From: Escherichia phage EcS1
Strand: one strand, 5' to 3'
Sequence record: NC_055721.1
Length of the DNA: 64,000 nucleotides
The position numbers and the translations under genes were made by a program. Below are positions 13,096 to 22,625 of the stretch, in pieces; position 1 is the first letter of the stretch; each line of letters begins with the position of its first letter. The notes under the pieces were generated by a model. The model had not been told where the DNA came from. It ran no database searches and worked only from the letters and a program-made list of their open reading frames with translations.

Positions 13096-14655
13096 ATGAA
13101 AAAGAACGCTCTCTTAGAAAAATGGCAGCCACTGCTGGAAAATGAAGAACTGCCAGAAATTGTTGGTGCTTCAAAACAAGCCATTATCGCTAAAATCCTG
13201 GAAAACCAGGAAAAAGACTTTACTACTTCCCCTGAATACAAAGATGAAAAAATCGCAGAAGCTTTTGGTTCGTTCCTGAGTGAAGCAGAAATTGGTGGTG
13301 ACCATGGTTATGATGCAACCAATATCGCTGCTGGTCAAACCTCTGGTGCTGTAACTCATATCGGTCCTGCTGTAATGGGTATGGTTCGTCGTTCAATCCC
13401 TAATCTGATTGCTTTCGATATCTGTGGTGTTCAGCCGATGAATAACCCTACTGGCCAGGTGTTCGCACTGCGTGCTGTGTATGGCAAAGATCCAATCGCA
13501 GCTGGCGCTAAAGAAGCATTCCACCCAATGTTCGCTCCAGATGCAATGTTCTCTGGTCAAGGTGCTGCTGAAGTATTCCCTAAAGCAACCGCTGGTAAAG
13601 TGTTAGCTGTTGGTGATATTGTAGTTCATGATTTCGAACAAACTGGTCGTGCTCATCTTCAAACTGTAGTTGCTTTCACTATTGATGCTGCTGCTACTGA
13701 TGCTGGTAAACTGGACGTAGAAATCACTAAGCAATTAGAAGCTGGTAAACTGGCTGAAATCGCTGAAGGTATGGCTACCTCTATCGCCGAATTGCAAGAA
13801 GGCTTTAACGGTTCTACTGATAATGCTTGGAACGAAATGGGCTTCCGTATCGATAAACAAGTTATCGAAGCTAAATCTCGTCAGCTTAAAGCTGCTTACT
13901 CTATCGAACTGGCTCAAGACTTACGTGCTGTTCACGGTATGGACGCTGATGCCGAACTGAGTGGTATTCTGGCTACAGAAATTATGCTGGAAATTAACCG
14001 TGAAGTAATCGACTGGATTAACTATTCAGCACAGGTTGGTAAAACCGGTATGACTCAAACTGTTGGTTCTAAAGCCGGTGTGTTTGACTTCCAAGACCCA
14101 ATCGATACGCGTGGTGCTCGTTGGGCTGGTGAAAGCTTTAAAGCTCTTCTGTTCCAAATCGATAAAGAATCAGCTGAAATCGCACGTCAAACCGGTCGTG
14201 GTGCAGGTAACTTCCTGATTGCTTCACGTAACGTTGTTAACGTACTGGCTGCTGTTGATACCAACGTATCTGTAGCTGCTCAAGGTCTGGGTCGTGGTTT
14301 CGAAACTGATACCACTAAAGCCGTATTTGCTGGTGTATTGGGTGGACGCTACCGTGTCTATATCGACCAGTATGCACGTCAAGACTACTTCACCATGGGT
14401 TATAAAGGTTCTAACGAAATGGATGCTGGTATCTACTACGCGCCATACGTTGCACTGACTCCGCTGCGTGGTTCCGATCCTAAGAACTTCCAACCAGTAA
14501 TGGGCTTCAAAACTCGTTATGGTATCGGTATTAACCCATTCGCTGACCCAGAAGCTCAGGCTCCTAAAGGTCGTGTCGTGTCTGGTATGCCTTCATTGGC
14601 TAACAGCATCGGTAAAAACGGTTACTTCCGTCGTGTGTTCGTTAAAGGTATCTAA
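13096..14655 (+). CDS. 23: Major capsid protein gp23
   Basis: 519 aa; long stretches identical to recalled T4 gp23 (e.g. IGGDHGY, NIAAGQTSGAVT, GPAVMGMVRR, YYAPYVALTPLRGSDPKNFQPVMGFKTRYGIGINPFA). Confidence 0.98.
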   Translation: MKKNALLEKWQPLLENEELPEIVGASKQAIIAKILENQEKDFTTSPEYKDEKIAEAFGSFLSEAEIGGDHGYDATNIAAGQTSGAVTHIGPAVMGMVRRSIPNLIAFDICGVQPMNNPTGQVFALRAVYGKDPIAAGAKEAFHPMFAPDAMFSGQGAAEVFPKATAGKVLAVGDIVVHDFEQTGRAHLQTVVAFTIDAAATDAGKLDVEITKQLEAGKLAEIAEGMATSIAELQEGFNGSTDNAWNEMGFRIDKQVIEAKSRQLKAAYSIELAQDLRAVHGMDADAELSGILATEIMLEINREVIDWINYSAQVGKTGMTQTVGSKAGVFDFQDPIDTRGARWAGESFKALLFQIDKESAEIARQTGRGAGNFLIASRNVVNVLAAVDTNVSVAAQGLGRGFETDTTKAVFAGVLGGRYRVYIDQYARQDYFTMGYKGSNEMDAGIYYAPYVALTPLRGSDPKNFQPVMGFKTRYGIGINPFADPEAQAPKGRVVSGMPSLANSIGKNGYFRRVFVKGI

Positions 14656-14671
14656 TACTTTAAAAAATTAT

Positions 14672-14697
14672 GGGAGACTTCGGTCTCCCATTTTTGT
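14672..14697 (+). terminator. Terminator after gene 23 (GGGAGAC-TTCG-GTCTCCC + ATTTTTGTTT)
   Basis: Hairpin plus T-run. Confidence 0.8.
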
Positions 14698-14708
14698 TTC
14701 TGAAGCTT

Positions 14709-14728
14709 TATAAATAAACTTATAAATA
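14709..14728 (+). promoter_or_regulatory. Tandem late promoters (two TATAAATA boxes) upstream of gene 24
   Basis: Boxes at 14709-14716 and 14721-14728. Confidence 0.6.
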
Positions 14729-14740
14729 AACTTATAAACA
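14709..14740 (+). repeat. Tandem 12-bp direct repeat (TATAAATAAACT x2.7) carrying two perfect TATAAATA boxes
   Basis: tataaataaact tataaataaact tataaaca read directly. Confidence 0.85.
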
Positions 14741-14755
14741 AAAGAGGAATGTGCA

Positions 14756-16036
14756 ATGAGCAAAATTCATACCCTGTTGCGCGAATCTACAACTACGAGC
14801 AGTTCGTCTCTTGGGCGTCCCGACCTCGTTGCATTGACTCGCGCCACGACTAAATTAATCTATAGCGATATTGTGGCAGAACAACGTACATCTCAACCAG
14901 TTGCGGCATTATATGGTATCAAATATTTGAACCCTAATGATGATATGACCTTTACTTCTGGTGCTACTTATGCTGGCCCATTCGGTACTAAAGAACGCAA
15001 AACGGTAGTTGAAATTACTGATGCAAATAAAGCAACATTTACAACAGGCAAATACTTCAAATATAAAGATATCGTTTATAAAGTATTAGGTGTTTCTGTT
15101 ACCGATGGGACTACTGAAACCGATCTTGATTTTATGATTCAAGAATCAATGGTTCTTTTGAATATTCGAAGTGTGCACGAAGCAGCTGAAACGGCTAAAT
15201 TTGAAGCCTCTGATGTAGAAGTATCTGAAGCATCATTTGAAGTGTCTAAATGGAATGCTCCAGTTAAATCACGTAAATTAAAAACAGCTTTGACTGTTGA
15301 ATTGATGCAAGACCTTGAAGCTAATGGATTCAATTCGCCTAATTTCGTAGAAGATCTTTTGGCTACCGAAATGGCTGATGAAATTAATAAAGACATTATC
15401 CAGTCATTGATTACAGTTTCTAGTCGTTATAAAGTTACTGGTGAAACAGATAAAGGCATTCTTGATTTAACTACTGTTGAAGACCCGTTAGCTGGACGTA
15501 AATTGTATCGTATGGTATGTGAAATCAATTCGCATATTCAAAGAACAACTTCTTATTCAGGAACTTATGTCGTTGCATCAACTCGTGTCGCTGCTGTATT
15601 AGCTTCTTCAGGTTGGTTAAAACATAAGCCAGAAGATGACCAATATCTGTCACCGGCTGCATATGGATTCTTGGCTAATGGTCTGCCACTTTATTGTGAT
15701 GCAAGTTCACCATTAGATTATGTTATTGTTGGTGTTAAAGAGGACTTTGGTGAACTAGAAATGGTTGGCTCATTGTTCTATGCGCCGTATACTGAAGGAT
15801 TGGATTTAGAAGACCCTGAACACGTAGGTGCGTTTAAGGTAATTGTTGACCCGGAATCTTTGCAACCATCTGTTGCATTACTGGTTAGATATGCTCTGTC
15901 AGCGAACCCTTATACAGTAGCTAAAAACGAGGCTGATGCTCGTATTATTGATGCTACTGATATGGATAAAATGGCAGGTCAAAGTGATATGTCTGTATTG
16001 CTTGGTGTTAAGTTACCGAAGTTAATTGCAGGCTAA
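14756..16036 (+). CDS. 24: Capsid vertex protein gp24
   Basis: 426 aa, gp23 paralog position and size. Confidence 0.9.
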   Translation: MSKIHTLLRESTTTSSSSLGRPDLVALTRATTKLIYSDIVAEQRTSQPVAALYGIKYLNPNDDMTFTSGATYAGPFGTKERKTVVEITDANKATFTTGKYFKYKDIVYKVLGVSVTDGTTETDLDFMIQESMVLLNIRSVHEAAETAKFEASDVEVSEASFEVSKWNAPVKSRKLKTALTVELMQDLEANGFNSPNFVEDLLATEMADEINKDIIQSLITVSSRYKVTGETDKGILDLTTVEDPLAGRKLYRMVCEINSHIQRTTSYSGTYVVASTRVAAVLASSGWLKHKPEDDQYLSPAAYGFLANGLPLYCDASSPLDYVIVGVKEDFGELEMVGSLFYAPYTEGLDLEDPEHVGAFKVIVDPESLQPSVALLVRYALSANPYTVAKNEADARIIDATDMDKMAGQSDMSVLLGVKLPKLIAG

Positions 16037-16070
16037 AAAAAAAAGGGAACCATATGGTTCCCTTTTTTTG
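16035..16070. terminator. Bidirectional terminator between convergent 24 and rnlB (A10-GGGAACCATATGGTTCCC-T7)
   Basis: Palindromic hairpin flanked by A-run and T-run. Confidence 0.8.
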
Positions 16071-16073
16071 TTT

Positions 16074-17078
16074 TTATACTACTTCATGCCATTTTTCACG
16101 AATGGTAGCCATTACTATTTGCTGAAGTTCTTTCTTAACTAAGTTCGGTTGGTCAGCATCGATAAGTACGATACCTTCACGTTCTGCTTCGACAAAAATA
16201 TCTTGCATAGTAAGACCCATTACCTTACCGAAGTCTTTAGCTGTCACTTCACCAATATGACTCAAAACGTTGGACACACGGTTCCAGGTACTATATTCAG
16301 CTAATGTAGACAGTGCAACCTTATCTTGGTCGCTTAATACCGCAGCCGGCTTAATAGGCTTATCAGATTTAGCCTTTTCACTGAACTTAGAGTTCTTACA
16401 TTTAATAGCAACACGATTACCGTTAGCTAAAATCACTGGATAACAAGGCTTCAGAACATAGCCTTCTGCGATATTCTTTTCACCATGAGGCAAGAAACCA
16501 AAGTGAGCTATGTTAGCATATTCAATACCGTTGGCCACAGCAAGTTCATTATAATGATTAACTACAGAATCAAAGTCATTAACTAACTGAGATAATTCTT
16601 CGAAAGAGCCACGAGCTATTAGTGGTGCTACTTTAAAACCAAAGGTACAGCACATACGTTCAACCATGAAATCATCAGCATAAGTGCCTTCTTGGTCGTG
16701 TTCTGACTTAATTAAGATATCGAATACGTAGAAGTCTTTCTCACCGTAATCCATACCTTTTTGAATTCCACCACCTGCGAACTCGCCGAAAATTTGATAC
16801 GAAGATGCTGTACCACAGATAGAGTCTTGAAGAAACTTAATAGACTTATCATATTTCTTCATAATAATTTCATGAGCAAAGAAACTTTCACCGGGCAGAA
16901 TAGGTCCTGTCCGCTTACACGGAGTGACTGCGTCACGACTAATAATTAGAGAGAAGTTTGTACCATGAATCTTTTCACGTGCTACCCATACGCCAGTGTC
17001 ATTACCAGAGAAACGAATCTTCTCGATGAACTTACCGTTGTAATGATTCTCTAAAGAGGAGTACTTTTCAAATGTCAT
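16074..17078 (-). CDS. rnlB: RNA ligase 2
   Basis: 334 aa; [37 protein letters not shown] match recalled T4 Rnl2. Confidence 0.92.
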   Translation of the reverse strand: MTFEKYSSLENHYNGKFIEKIRFSGNDTGVWVAREKIHGTNFSLIISRDAVTPCKRTGPILPGESFFAHEIIMKKYDKSIKFLQDSICGTASSYQIFGEFAGGGIQKGMDYGEKDFYVFDILIKSEHDQEGTYADDFMVERMCCTFGFKVAPLIARGSFEELSQLVNDFDSVVNHYNELAVANGIEYANIAHFGFLPHGEKNIAEGYVLKPCYPVILANGNRVAIKCKNSKFSEKAKSDKPIKPAAVLSDQDKVALSTLAEYSTWNRVSNVLSHIGEVTAKDFGKVMGLTMQDIFVEAEREGIVLIDADQPNLVKKELQQIVMATIREKWHEVV

Positions 17079-17119
17079 AAATCACCATATTAAAATAATT
17101 AATCTTCTAGCCCCAGGCT

Positions 17120-17127
17120 TATAAATA
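17120..17127 (+). promoter_or_regulatory. Orphan TATAAATA box in loop of AGGC/GCCT hairpin, no adjacent + strand gene
   Basis: Perfect box; nearest + gene (hoc) is 660 nt downstream. Confidence 0.3.
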
Positions 17128-17176
17128 GGCCTCTGAACCATTATATCGAATATATCACATATATTCTTAAAGCATA

Positions 17177-17485
17177 TTAGAACTTAATTTCAACCCATTC
17201 GCCATCACGTTGACAACTACGCCATTTGGCTTCAATACCTTCATCTTCGAGCCATTTAAGGAAAACGTCTTTATATTTCGAGAATTTTGAAACATTCTTC
17301 AAAGGATAATAATGGAATTCTCTGCGTCCTTGTTTAGCAACATCAGTGATACACTTTTCAAAGTCTTTTTTAAGTTCAGTGTATTCTGAACTTGAAATAG
17401 AATCGGCAATAGCACCATAGTAAGTAGCTAATTTAGTAGTACGTGTCATTTTAGGCCTCGGTTTTGGATAAGGTAGCGTGTGCAT
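17177..17485 (-). CDS. Hypothetical protein (24.2-like position); true start may be internal (MTRTTKL)
   Basis: ORF only; synteny. Confidence 0.45.
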   Translation of the reverse strand: MHTLPYPKPRPKMTRTTKLATYYGAIADSISSSEYTELKKDFEKCITDVAKQGRREFHYYPLKNVSKFSKYKDVFLKWLEDEGIEAKWRSCQRDGEWVEIKF

Positions 17486-17726
17486 TGATATTTTTAACCA
17501 ATTTTTTGTGATGCAAAGTTGATGTAGTCATTCGCTTGCGATAAACAACTTTCTCGCGTGATTTGAATTTGATTTTAAGCTTTTCACCTTCAGCCCAATG
17601 TTTAGCAGCTTCTCGAGCTGAAATACCTAATTTTTCAGCTACATCACCAAATGTCATTTTTAAATCTTCAATCATTGTATAAATTTGAACAGCAATATTC
17701 ATAGTCACCTCATGTTTGTAGGTCAA
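17451..17726 (-). CDS. Hypothetical small protein with possible helix-turn-helix (24.3-like position)
   Basis: ORF; segment FGDVAEKLGISAREAAKHW resembles an HTH. Confidence 0.4.
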   Translation of the reverse strand: MTYKHEVTMNIAVQIYTMIEDLKMTFGDVAEKLGISAREAAKHWAEGEKLKIKFKSREKVVYRKRMTTSTLHHKKLVKNINAHATLSKTEA

Positions 17727-17786
17727 TTATACTCAATATTCTTATAGCATAAATACACTATATTTCATAATAAGAGGACACATCTT

Positions 17787-19124
17787 ATGGCTATTCCTTC
17801 AGTAACGATTACCCCAGTTAATGCCTCACCACAACTTGGTCAGACATTAACTATCAATTCAGTAGTTGAATTCGACCCAACAGATGTTTATACATCGTAT
17901 AAATGGGAACTTTCTGGCGCAGATACAGGCGTTACTACTGCAACATACACTAAAGCCAATATCACAAGTGCTGATGCTGGTTCTTACGTATTAAAAGTTA
18001 TGCATGGTGTTGATGCAGGTTCTGCAACTGAAACCGCTTCAAGTCCTGCCGTTATTACTACTTTACCGGCAACAACTGTTTCTATTGTTTCAACCACTAC
18101 TGACATTTATGTCGGTGATACATTAACTATTACTGCTACCCCAACTGGTGTTCCTTCTGGCGCAACAGTAGGCGCATATGAATGGTCTAAAGGTGGTACT
18201 GTAGTTTCGGGCCAAACTACTTCTACATTGACTAAAACAGTTGCGGCTGGCGATGCCGGTTCTTATACTGCTAAAGTATCTTATACTGTAACAGGCCAAG
18301 CACCAATTAAAACTGCTGCATCTAATGCTATCTCTGTTACTGTTGGACCTGCATTAGCATTTGCTACTAACCTTAATGCAACAGCTTCTGTATCAACAGG
18401 CCAAGCTCTTACCCTAACTGTAGCAGCATCCGGTGGTAAATCTCCATATACATATCAATGGAAGAAAGGAAGTGCTAACATAGGAACTAATTTAAATACA
18501 TTTATAGTTCCTTCTGCGGATTCAACAACTGCAGGAACTTATACTGTTGAAGTGACAGATGCTGCAAGTCATAAAATCACATCAGCTTCTTGTGTTGTTA
18601 CAGTGGTGCCTGCTTTATCTTTGAGCACCGATTTGTCTGCGACTAAATCAGTTGTTTCAGGTAAAACTCTTACTCTAACTATTGTTGCAGCTAATGGCAA
18701 AACGCCTTATACATATCAATGGAAAAGAGCTGGCGTTGAAATCCCAAGTGAAACAGCTGCTACATTTACTAAATCTGCGTCACCAGCGGACGCAGGTACG
18801 TATACATGTGAAGTGACAGATGATAATAACGATAAAATCACATCTAATACATGTGTTGTAACTGTTAGTTTATTGCCTGATTTAGAAGTTCTTTGGACTG
18901 TACATCCTATCCCATGGCGAGATACAAGTTTCACTCCGTTAGGTTATTGGGTATTAGATGAAATCTTACTTCAAAAAGCTGATGGCAAAGACTGGAAAAC
19001 TGATTACGCTACTTATCATTACACAGAAGAAGTTCAAACTATTTTAGAAGCATTTAATGCTATGGGTGAAGTTGAAATTCAAGACTCGCGTAATGGGTAT
19101 ATCCACAAAATGAGTTTAATTTAA
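17787..19124 (+). CDS. hoc: Hoc, highly immunogenic outer capsid protein (four Ig-like domains plus C-terminal capsid-binding domain)
   Basis: 445 aa; repeated Ig-like units with YxWxxxG and AGxYTCEVTD motifs; C-terminal HPIPWRDTSF...GKDWKTD...QDSRNGYIHK matches recalled T4 Hoc C-terminus. Confidence 0.85.
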   Translation: MAIPSVTITPVNASPQLGQTLTINSVVEFDPTDVYTSYKWELSGADTGVTTATYTKANITSADAGSYVLKVMHGVDAGSATETASSPAVITTLPATTVSIVSTTTDIYVGDTLTITATPTGVPSGATVGAYEWSKGGTVVSGQTTSTLTKTVAAGDAGSYTAKVSYTVTGQAPIKTAASNAISVTVGPALAFATNLNATASVSTGQALTLTVAASGGKSPYTYQWKKGSANIGTNLNTFIVPSADSTTAGTYTVEVTDAASHKITSASCVVTVVPALSLSTDLSATKSVVSGKTLTLTIVAANGKTPYTYQWKRAGVEIPSETAATFTKSASPADAGTYTCEVTDDNNDKITSNTCVVTVSLLPDLEVLWTVHPIPWRDTSFTPLGYWVLDEILLQKADGKDWKTDYATYHYTEEVQTILEAFNAMGEVEIQDSRNGYIHKMSLI

Positions 19125-19133
19125 GAAGGTTTT

Positions 19134-19631
19134 ATGGCTGATAAATGGACAACAGTTAACCCAATCCCGTGGCGAGATACAAGTTTTACGTATCTCCCTT
19201 ACTGGCTTTACGATATTATAGTTAAAGCCTTTAAAGACGGTAATGATTGGCGTGATTATTCTGAAACGAAATACAAATTAGAATTTGATACCTTGATTCA
19301 AGCATTCGAAGACTACGATGACATTTCAGTTATTGAATCACGTAATGGTAATCTACATGATTTATCTAATTTTACACCAGTAACAATCACAGCTAAATCA
19401 CCTGTGCCAGCTTTTAAAGTTGGTGACCCAGATTTAGTTATCAGCGCATTGTTCACAATTGATCCAGTTAAATTAGGGCAGCATGCAGTGTTATCTGTTG
19501 ATGCTTCTGGACATGCTGTATTAAGCAGCAGTGCTGTACCATCCGTTAAGGCTGTTTCGGCTGGGACAACTGTGGTGACATGTACTATTGGTGATGTATC
19601 AGAAACAATTAGTTTAGTTGTAACTGTATAG
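19134..19631 (+). CDS. Hoc-anchor-domain protein with C-terminal Big_2-like Ig domain (second putative capsid decoration protein)
   Basis: N-terminal 75 aa (NPIPWRDTSFTYLPYW...DGNDWRDY...ESRNGNLH) paralogous to the Hoc C-terminal domain of the preceding ORF; C-terminal VDASGHAVLSSS..VKAVSAGTTVVTCTIGDVSETISLVVTV has Big_2 pattern. Confidence 0.75.
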   Translation: MADKWTTVNPIPWRDTSFTYLPYWLYDIIVKAFKDGNDWRDYSETKYKLEFDTLIQAFEDYDDISVIESRNGNLHDLSNFTPVTITAKSPVPAFKVGDPDLVISALFTIDPVKLGQHAVLSVDASGHAVLSSSAVPSVKAVSAGTTVVTCTIGDVSETISLVVTV

Positions 19632-19632
19632 C

Positions 19633-19666
19633 AAAAAGGGAGAGCTTACGCTCTCCCTTTTTTATT
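19633..19666. terminator. Bidirectional terminator between convergent 19134..19631 and 19662..20375
   Basis: AAAAA-GGGAGAGC-TTAC-GCTCTCCC-TTTTTT. Confidence 0.8.
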
Positions 19667-20375
19667 TTATAACTTGGAAACTTGAATTACGCGTTTCACG
19701 AACGCGAACTAACCCATCACGCTTAATGTAATATAAAAGACTTAATATCGTATCAATACCGTAGTGGTGTGGGAACGAATGCGGATTCACTTTCCATTCT
19801 GGGTTCTTTGTAATCCATTCATAAATCCACCAAGGTAGAGTTACATAAGTTAATCCACGTCCAATTTGAGCTAATGTAGGACTGAAATCTTTTGGAAGCT
19901 CAAATACCTTTTCAGATTCAATAATCTGTTCAATAGCTTTTTCAAGAGCAGGGAGATCTTCTTCAGTCATAGGCTTGGTTGGGATAGTTTCAATGCCTTC
20001 GCTATGAATAACTGTAACAACTTCACCAATTGGAGCTTGAATAGAGTTAATGATTTTAGCTTCAACGGAAGGAGCTCCGATAGAATCGATCAAAAGTGTC
20101 TTGGCTTCATCTTTAGCTTCATCTTTAAAAACAGAAGTGCCAGTGAGTTCATCATCAGCTTGAATCAAATCAGAGATACTCATTCCGCCAATATCTTCAG
20201 GCATTGGTTCAGAAGCAAGTTTTTTCATTTCTTCTGACAAGTCAGCAACCATGTTATCAAATGACTTAGTTTTCTTTAAAGTTATGTTGAAAGTAAGAGC
20301 GTAGTCGGCCAGTTTTTCTTTGGCTTCTTTTTTGTCTAGCTCACGAAGTTCGTCAATATAAATTTTATCAATCAT
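19662..20375 (-). CDS. Hypothetical acidic protein in the position occupied by inh in T4 (identity not confirmed)
   Basis: 237 aa ORF; synteny between hoc and uvsW; sequence not recognised. Confidence 0.5.
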   Translation of the reverse strand: MIDKIYIDELRELDKKEAKEKLADYALTFNITLKKTKSFDNMVADLSEEMKKLASEPMPEDIGGMSISDLIQADDELTGTSVFKDEAKDEAKTLLIDSIGAPSVEAKIINSIQAPIGEVVTVIHSEGIETIPTKPMTEEDLPALEKAIEQIIESEKVFELPKDFSPTLAQIGRGLTYVTLPWWIYEWITKNPEWKVNPHSFPHHYGIDTILSLLYYIKRDGLVRVRETRNSSFQVIK

Positions 20376-20390
20376 AGTATAGCCTCAGTG

Positions 20391-20398
20391 TATAAATA
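20391..20398 (+). promoter_or_regulatory. Late promoter TATAAATA upstream of uvsW
   Basis: Perfect box 30 nt before GTG start. Confidence 0.5.
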
Positions 20399-20427
20399 TA
20401 TCTATATTTATTACTTAGGAATCTCTC

Positions 20428-21927
20428 GTGGATATCAATGTACATTTTGAAGATTATAGTCATGTTCTGATTGAATGCTCAGAGAGCATCTTCTTTGAAC
20501 TAAGAGACTACTTTTCATTTGAAGCTGATGGCTTCAAATTTAACCCACAATACAAATATGGTCATTGGGATGGACGAATTCGCCTTTTAGGTTATGACCG
20601 TCGTTTGCCATTTGGACTAGTTGGATTCATCGATAAATTTGCTTCCAATATGGATTACAAAGTAGCAATTGACCCTAAAATCAATGAGAAAGAAGATATC
20701 GCTCGTGTTGATTTTGATAATTGGTTGAATGCTCTTGAAATTTATTCTGGGTCTACCAAGATTGAGCCACATTGGTACCAGAAGGACGCCGTGTACACTG
20801 GCCTGATGAATCGTAGAAACATTCTTAATTTACCTACTTCCGCAGGTAAGTCATTGATTCAGGCGCTCCTGGCACGTTATTATGTTGAGAACTATGTTGG
20901 TAAGATTTTAATCATTGTTCCAACAACAGCTTTAGTTGATCAAATGATTGACGATTTTGTTGATTATCGTTTGTTCAATCGTAAGAATATGCTAGGCATT
21001 CGTGGTGGTACAGCTCGTGATTCTGACGCAGAGATTTATGTTGCTACTTGGCAAACTGCTGTTAAACAACCTAAAGAATGGTTCAGTCAGTTTGGTATGA
21101 TGATGAACGACGAATGTCATCTTGCTACAGGCAAAAGTATTTCATCTATTATTGCAGGCTTAAATAATTGTGCTTTCAAATATGGTCTTTCTGGTTCTTT
21201 AAAAGATGGTAAAGCCAATTTGATGCAATATGTAGGTATGTTTGGTAATGTTTTTAAGCCTGTGTCAACATCACAGCTTATGGAAGATGGTCAAGTAACT
21301 GATTTGAAAATCAACTCTATTTTCTTACGTTACCCTGATGAATTCTGTGCTCAAATGAAAGGCAAAGATTATCAGACAGAAATTAAGGTTATCCAAAAAG
21401 CTAAGAAACGAAATCTTTGGGTCTCTAAGCTTGCTGTTAAATTAGCTAAAAAAGAAGAGAACGTTTTCTTGATGTTCAAGAATGCCGAACATGGTAAAGA
21501 ACTTTTCCAAATGGTTAAAGACCTTGAGCATAAAGAAGTATTCTTCGTAAATGGTGAAGTTGATACTGATACTCGTAATGCATTGAAAGTAATGGCTGAA
21601 AATGGCAAGGGTATTATTGTTGTCGCTTCATACGGCGTATTCTCTACCGGCATCAGTGTTAAAAACTTACATCATATTATTTTTGCACACCCGGTAAAAT
21701 CAAAGATCATTGTGCTTCAGACTATTGGTCGTGTACTTCGTAAACACGTAAGTAAAACAACGGCTCAAGTCTGGGACATTATAGATGATATGGGTGTTAA
21801 ACCTAAGTCTGCTAATGCTAAAAAGAAATATGTTCATTTGAATTATGCATTAAAACATGCTCTTGAACGTATTCAACGTTATGCAGAAGAAAAATTCAAT
21901 TATGTAATGAAACAGGTAGACTTATGA
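20428..21927 (+). CDS. uvsW: UvsW recombination/repair helicase (GTG start)
   Basis: 499 aa; ILNLPTSAGKS Walker A, MMNDECHLA DExH box, GRVLRKH; near-identical to recalled T4 UvsW. Confidence 0.95.
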   Translation: MDINVHFEDYSHVLIECSESIFFELRDYFSFEADGFKFNPQYKYGHWDGRIRLLGYDRRLPFGLVGFIDKFASNMDYKVAIDPKINEKEDIARVDFDNWLNALEIYSGSTKIEPHWYQKDAVYTGLMNRRNILNLPTSAGKSLIQALLARYYVENYVGKILIIVPTTALVDQMIDDFVDYRLFNRKNMLGIRGGTARDSDAEIYVATWQTAVKQPKEWFSQFGMMMNDECHLATGKSISSIIAGLNNCAFKYGLSGSLKDGKANLMQYVGMFGNVFKPVSTSQLMEDGQVTDLKINSIFLRYPDEFCAQMKGKDYQTEIKVIQKAKKRNLWVSKLAVKLAKKEENVFLMFKNAEHGKELFQMVKDLEHKEVFFVNGEVDTDTRNALKVMAENGKGIIVVASYGVFSTGISVKNLHHIIFAHPVKSKIIVLQTIGRVLRKHVSKTTAQVWDIIDDMGVKPKSANAKKKYVHLNYALKHALERIQRYAEEKFNYVMKQVDL

Positions 21928-22151
21928 TTGACTTCAAACAATTTGTTCATGAAGCAGCAATCGAAACCTTTATGTCTAAAATAGGGTCTTGTATGACCCT
22001 TGATGGACTTAAAGAACTCGAAGGCTATTACAAGAAACGTTCAGGTGAAACTGAATTAGGTGATTCAGACGACATCAGTATTCGTGATGCATTGGCAGGC
22101 AAGCGTACAGAGCTTGAGTCGATGGATGATGAAGAAGATGAAGATTTTTAA
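21924..22151 (+). CDS. uvsW.1: UvsW.1 small acidic protein
   Basis: 75 aa directly downstream and overlapping uvsW stop, as in T4. Confidence 0.75.
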   Translation: MIDFKQFVHEAAIETFMSKIGSCMTLDGLKELEGYYKKRSGETELGDSDDISIRDALAGKRTELESMDDEEDEDF

Positions 22152-22154
22152 TAC

Positions 22155-22182
22155 AAAAAAGCCCCGACCATAAGGAAGGGGC
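22155..22182 (-). terminator. Minus-strand terminator after small Cys-rich ORF
   Basis: On minus strand GCCCC-loop-GGGGC followed by TTTTTTGT. Confidence 0.5.
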
Positions 22183-22212
22183 AAAACCAACAAAGTGGCT
22201 ATCAACACTAGA

Positions 22213-22377
22213 CTAAATTAAAAGTTGCGTTTCGTTCAATTGCTCTTGTGTGTCTTCAGTGACAGGCAATTCACACGCATAATTATAGCAAGGACCTGGA
22301 TGAACCAGACCTTTGTCTGATTGAACAACCAATGCCGAATCGATTGGTGTTTTACAGACGACACAAATCTCAGACAT
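22213..22377 (-). CDS. Small Cys-rich protein (54 aa, CVVC...CYNYAC)
   Basis: Hand-translated MSEICVVCKTPIDSALVVQSDKGLVHPGPCYNYACELPVTEDTQEQLNETQLLI; AAGGAG RBS 4 nt upstream; followed by minus-strand terminator hairpin. Confidence 0.45.
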   Translation of the reverse strand: MSEICVVCKTPIDSALVVQSDKGLVHPGPCYNYACELPVTEDTQEQLNETQLLI

Positions 22378-22409
22378 AATTGTCTCCTTGGTTGTCGTTA
22401 CATATCTAT

Positions 22410-22625
22410 TTATATTTGCTTTCTGGCTTTAGCTTTAAAGTCTCGCATATGCATGTCTATGCCCATTTGTGTTTCGTAGAAATACTCATCTATATACCCA
22501 GCAAACTTGCCTTTAATATAAAGAACATCTTCACCACACGGATGATCAGGTACAATACGGATATCTGAATCGGAAATTCCATGCTTTTTCTTTAAGAACT
22601 TTATCTCTTCTTCAAACTCTTCCAT
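22410..22625 (-). CDS. Hypothetical protein (uvsY.-1-like)
   Basis: 71 aa ORF abutting uvsY stop. Confidence 0.55.
   Translation of the reverse strand: MEEFEEEIKFLKKKHGISDSDIRIVPDHPCGEDVLYIKGKFAGYIDEYFYETQMGIDMHMRDFKAKARKQI

Noticed and set aside
17727-17786. Late promoter for hoc
   Set aside because: Only a near-consensus CATAAATA is present, not a perfect TATAAATA, so not called.
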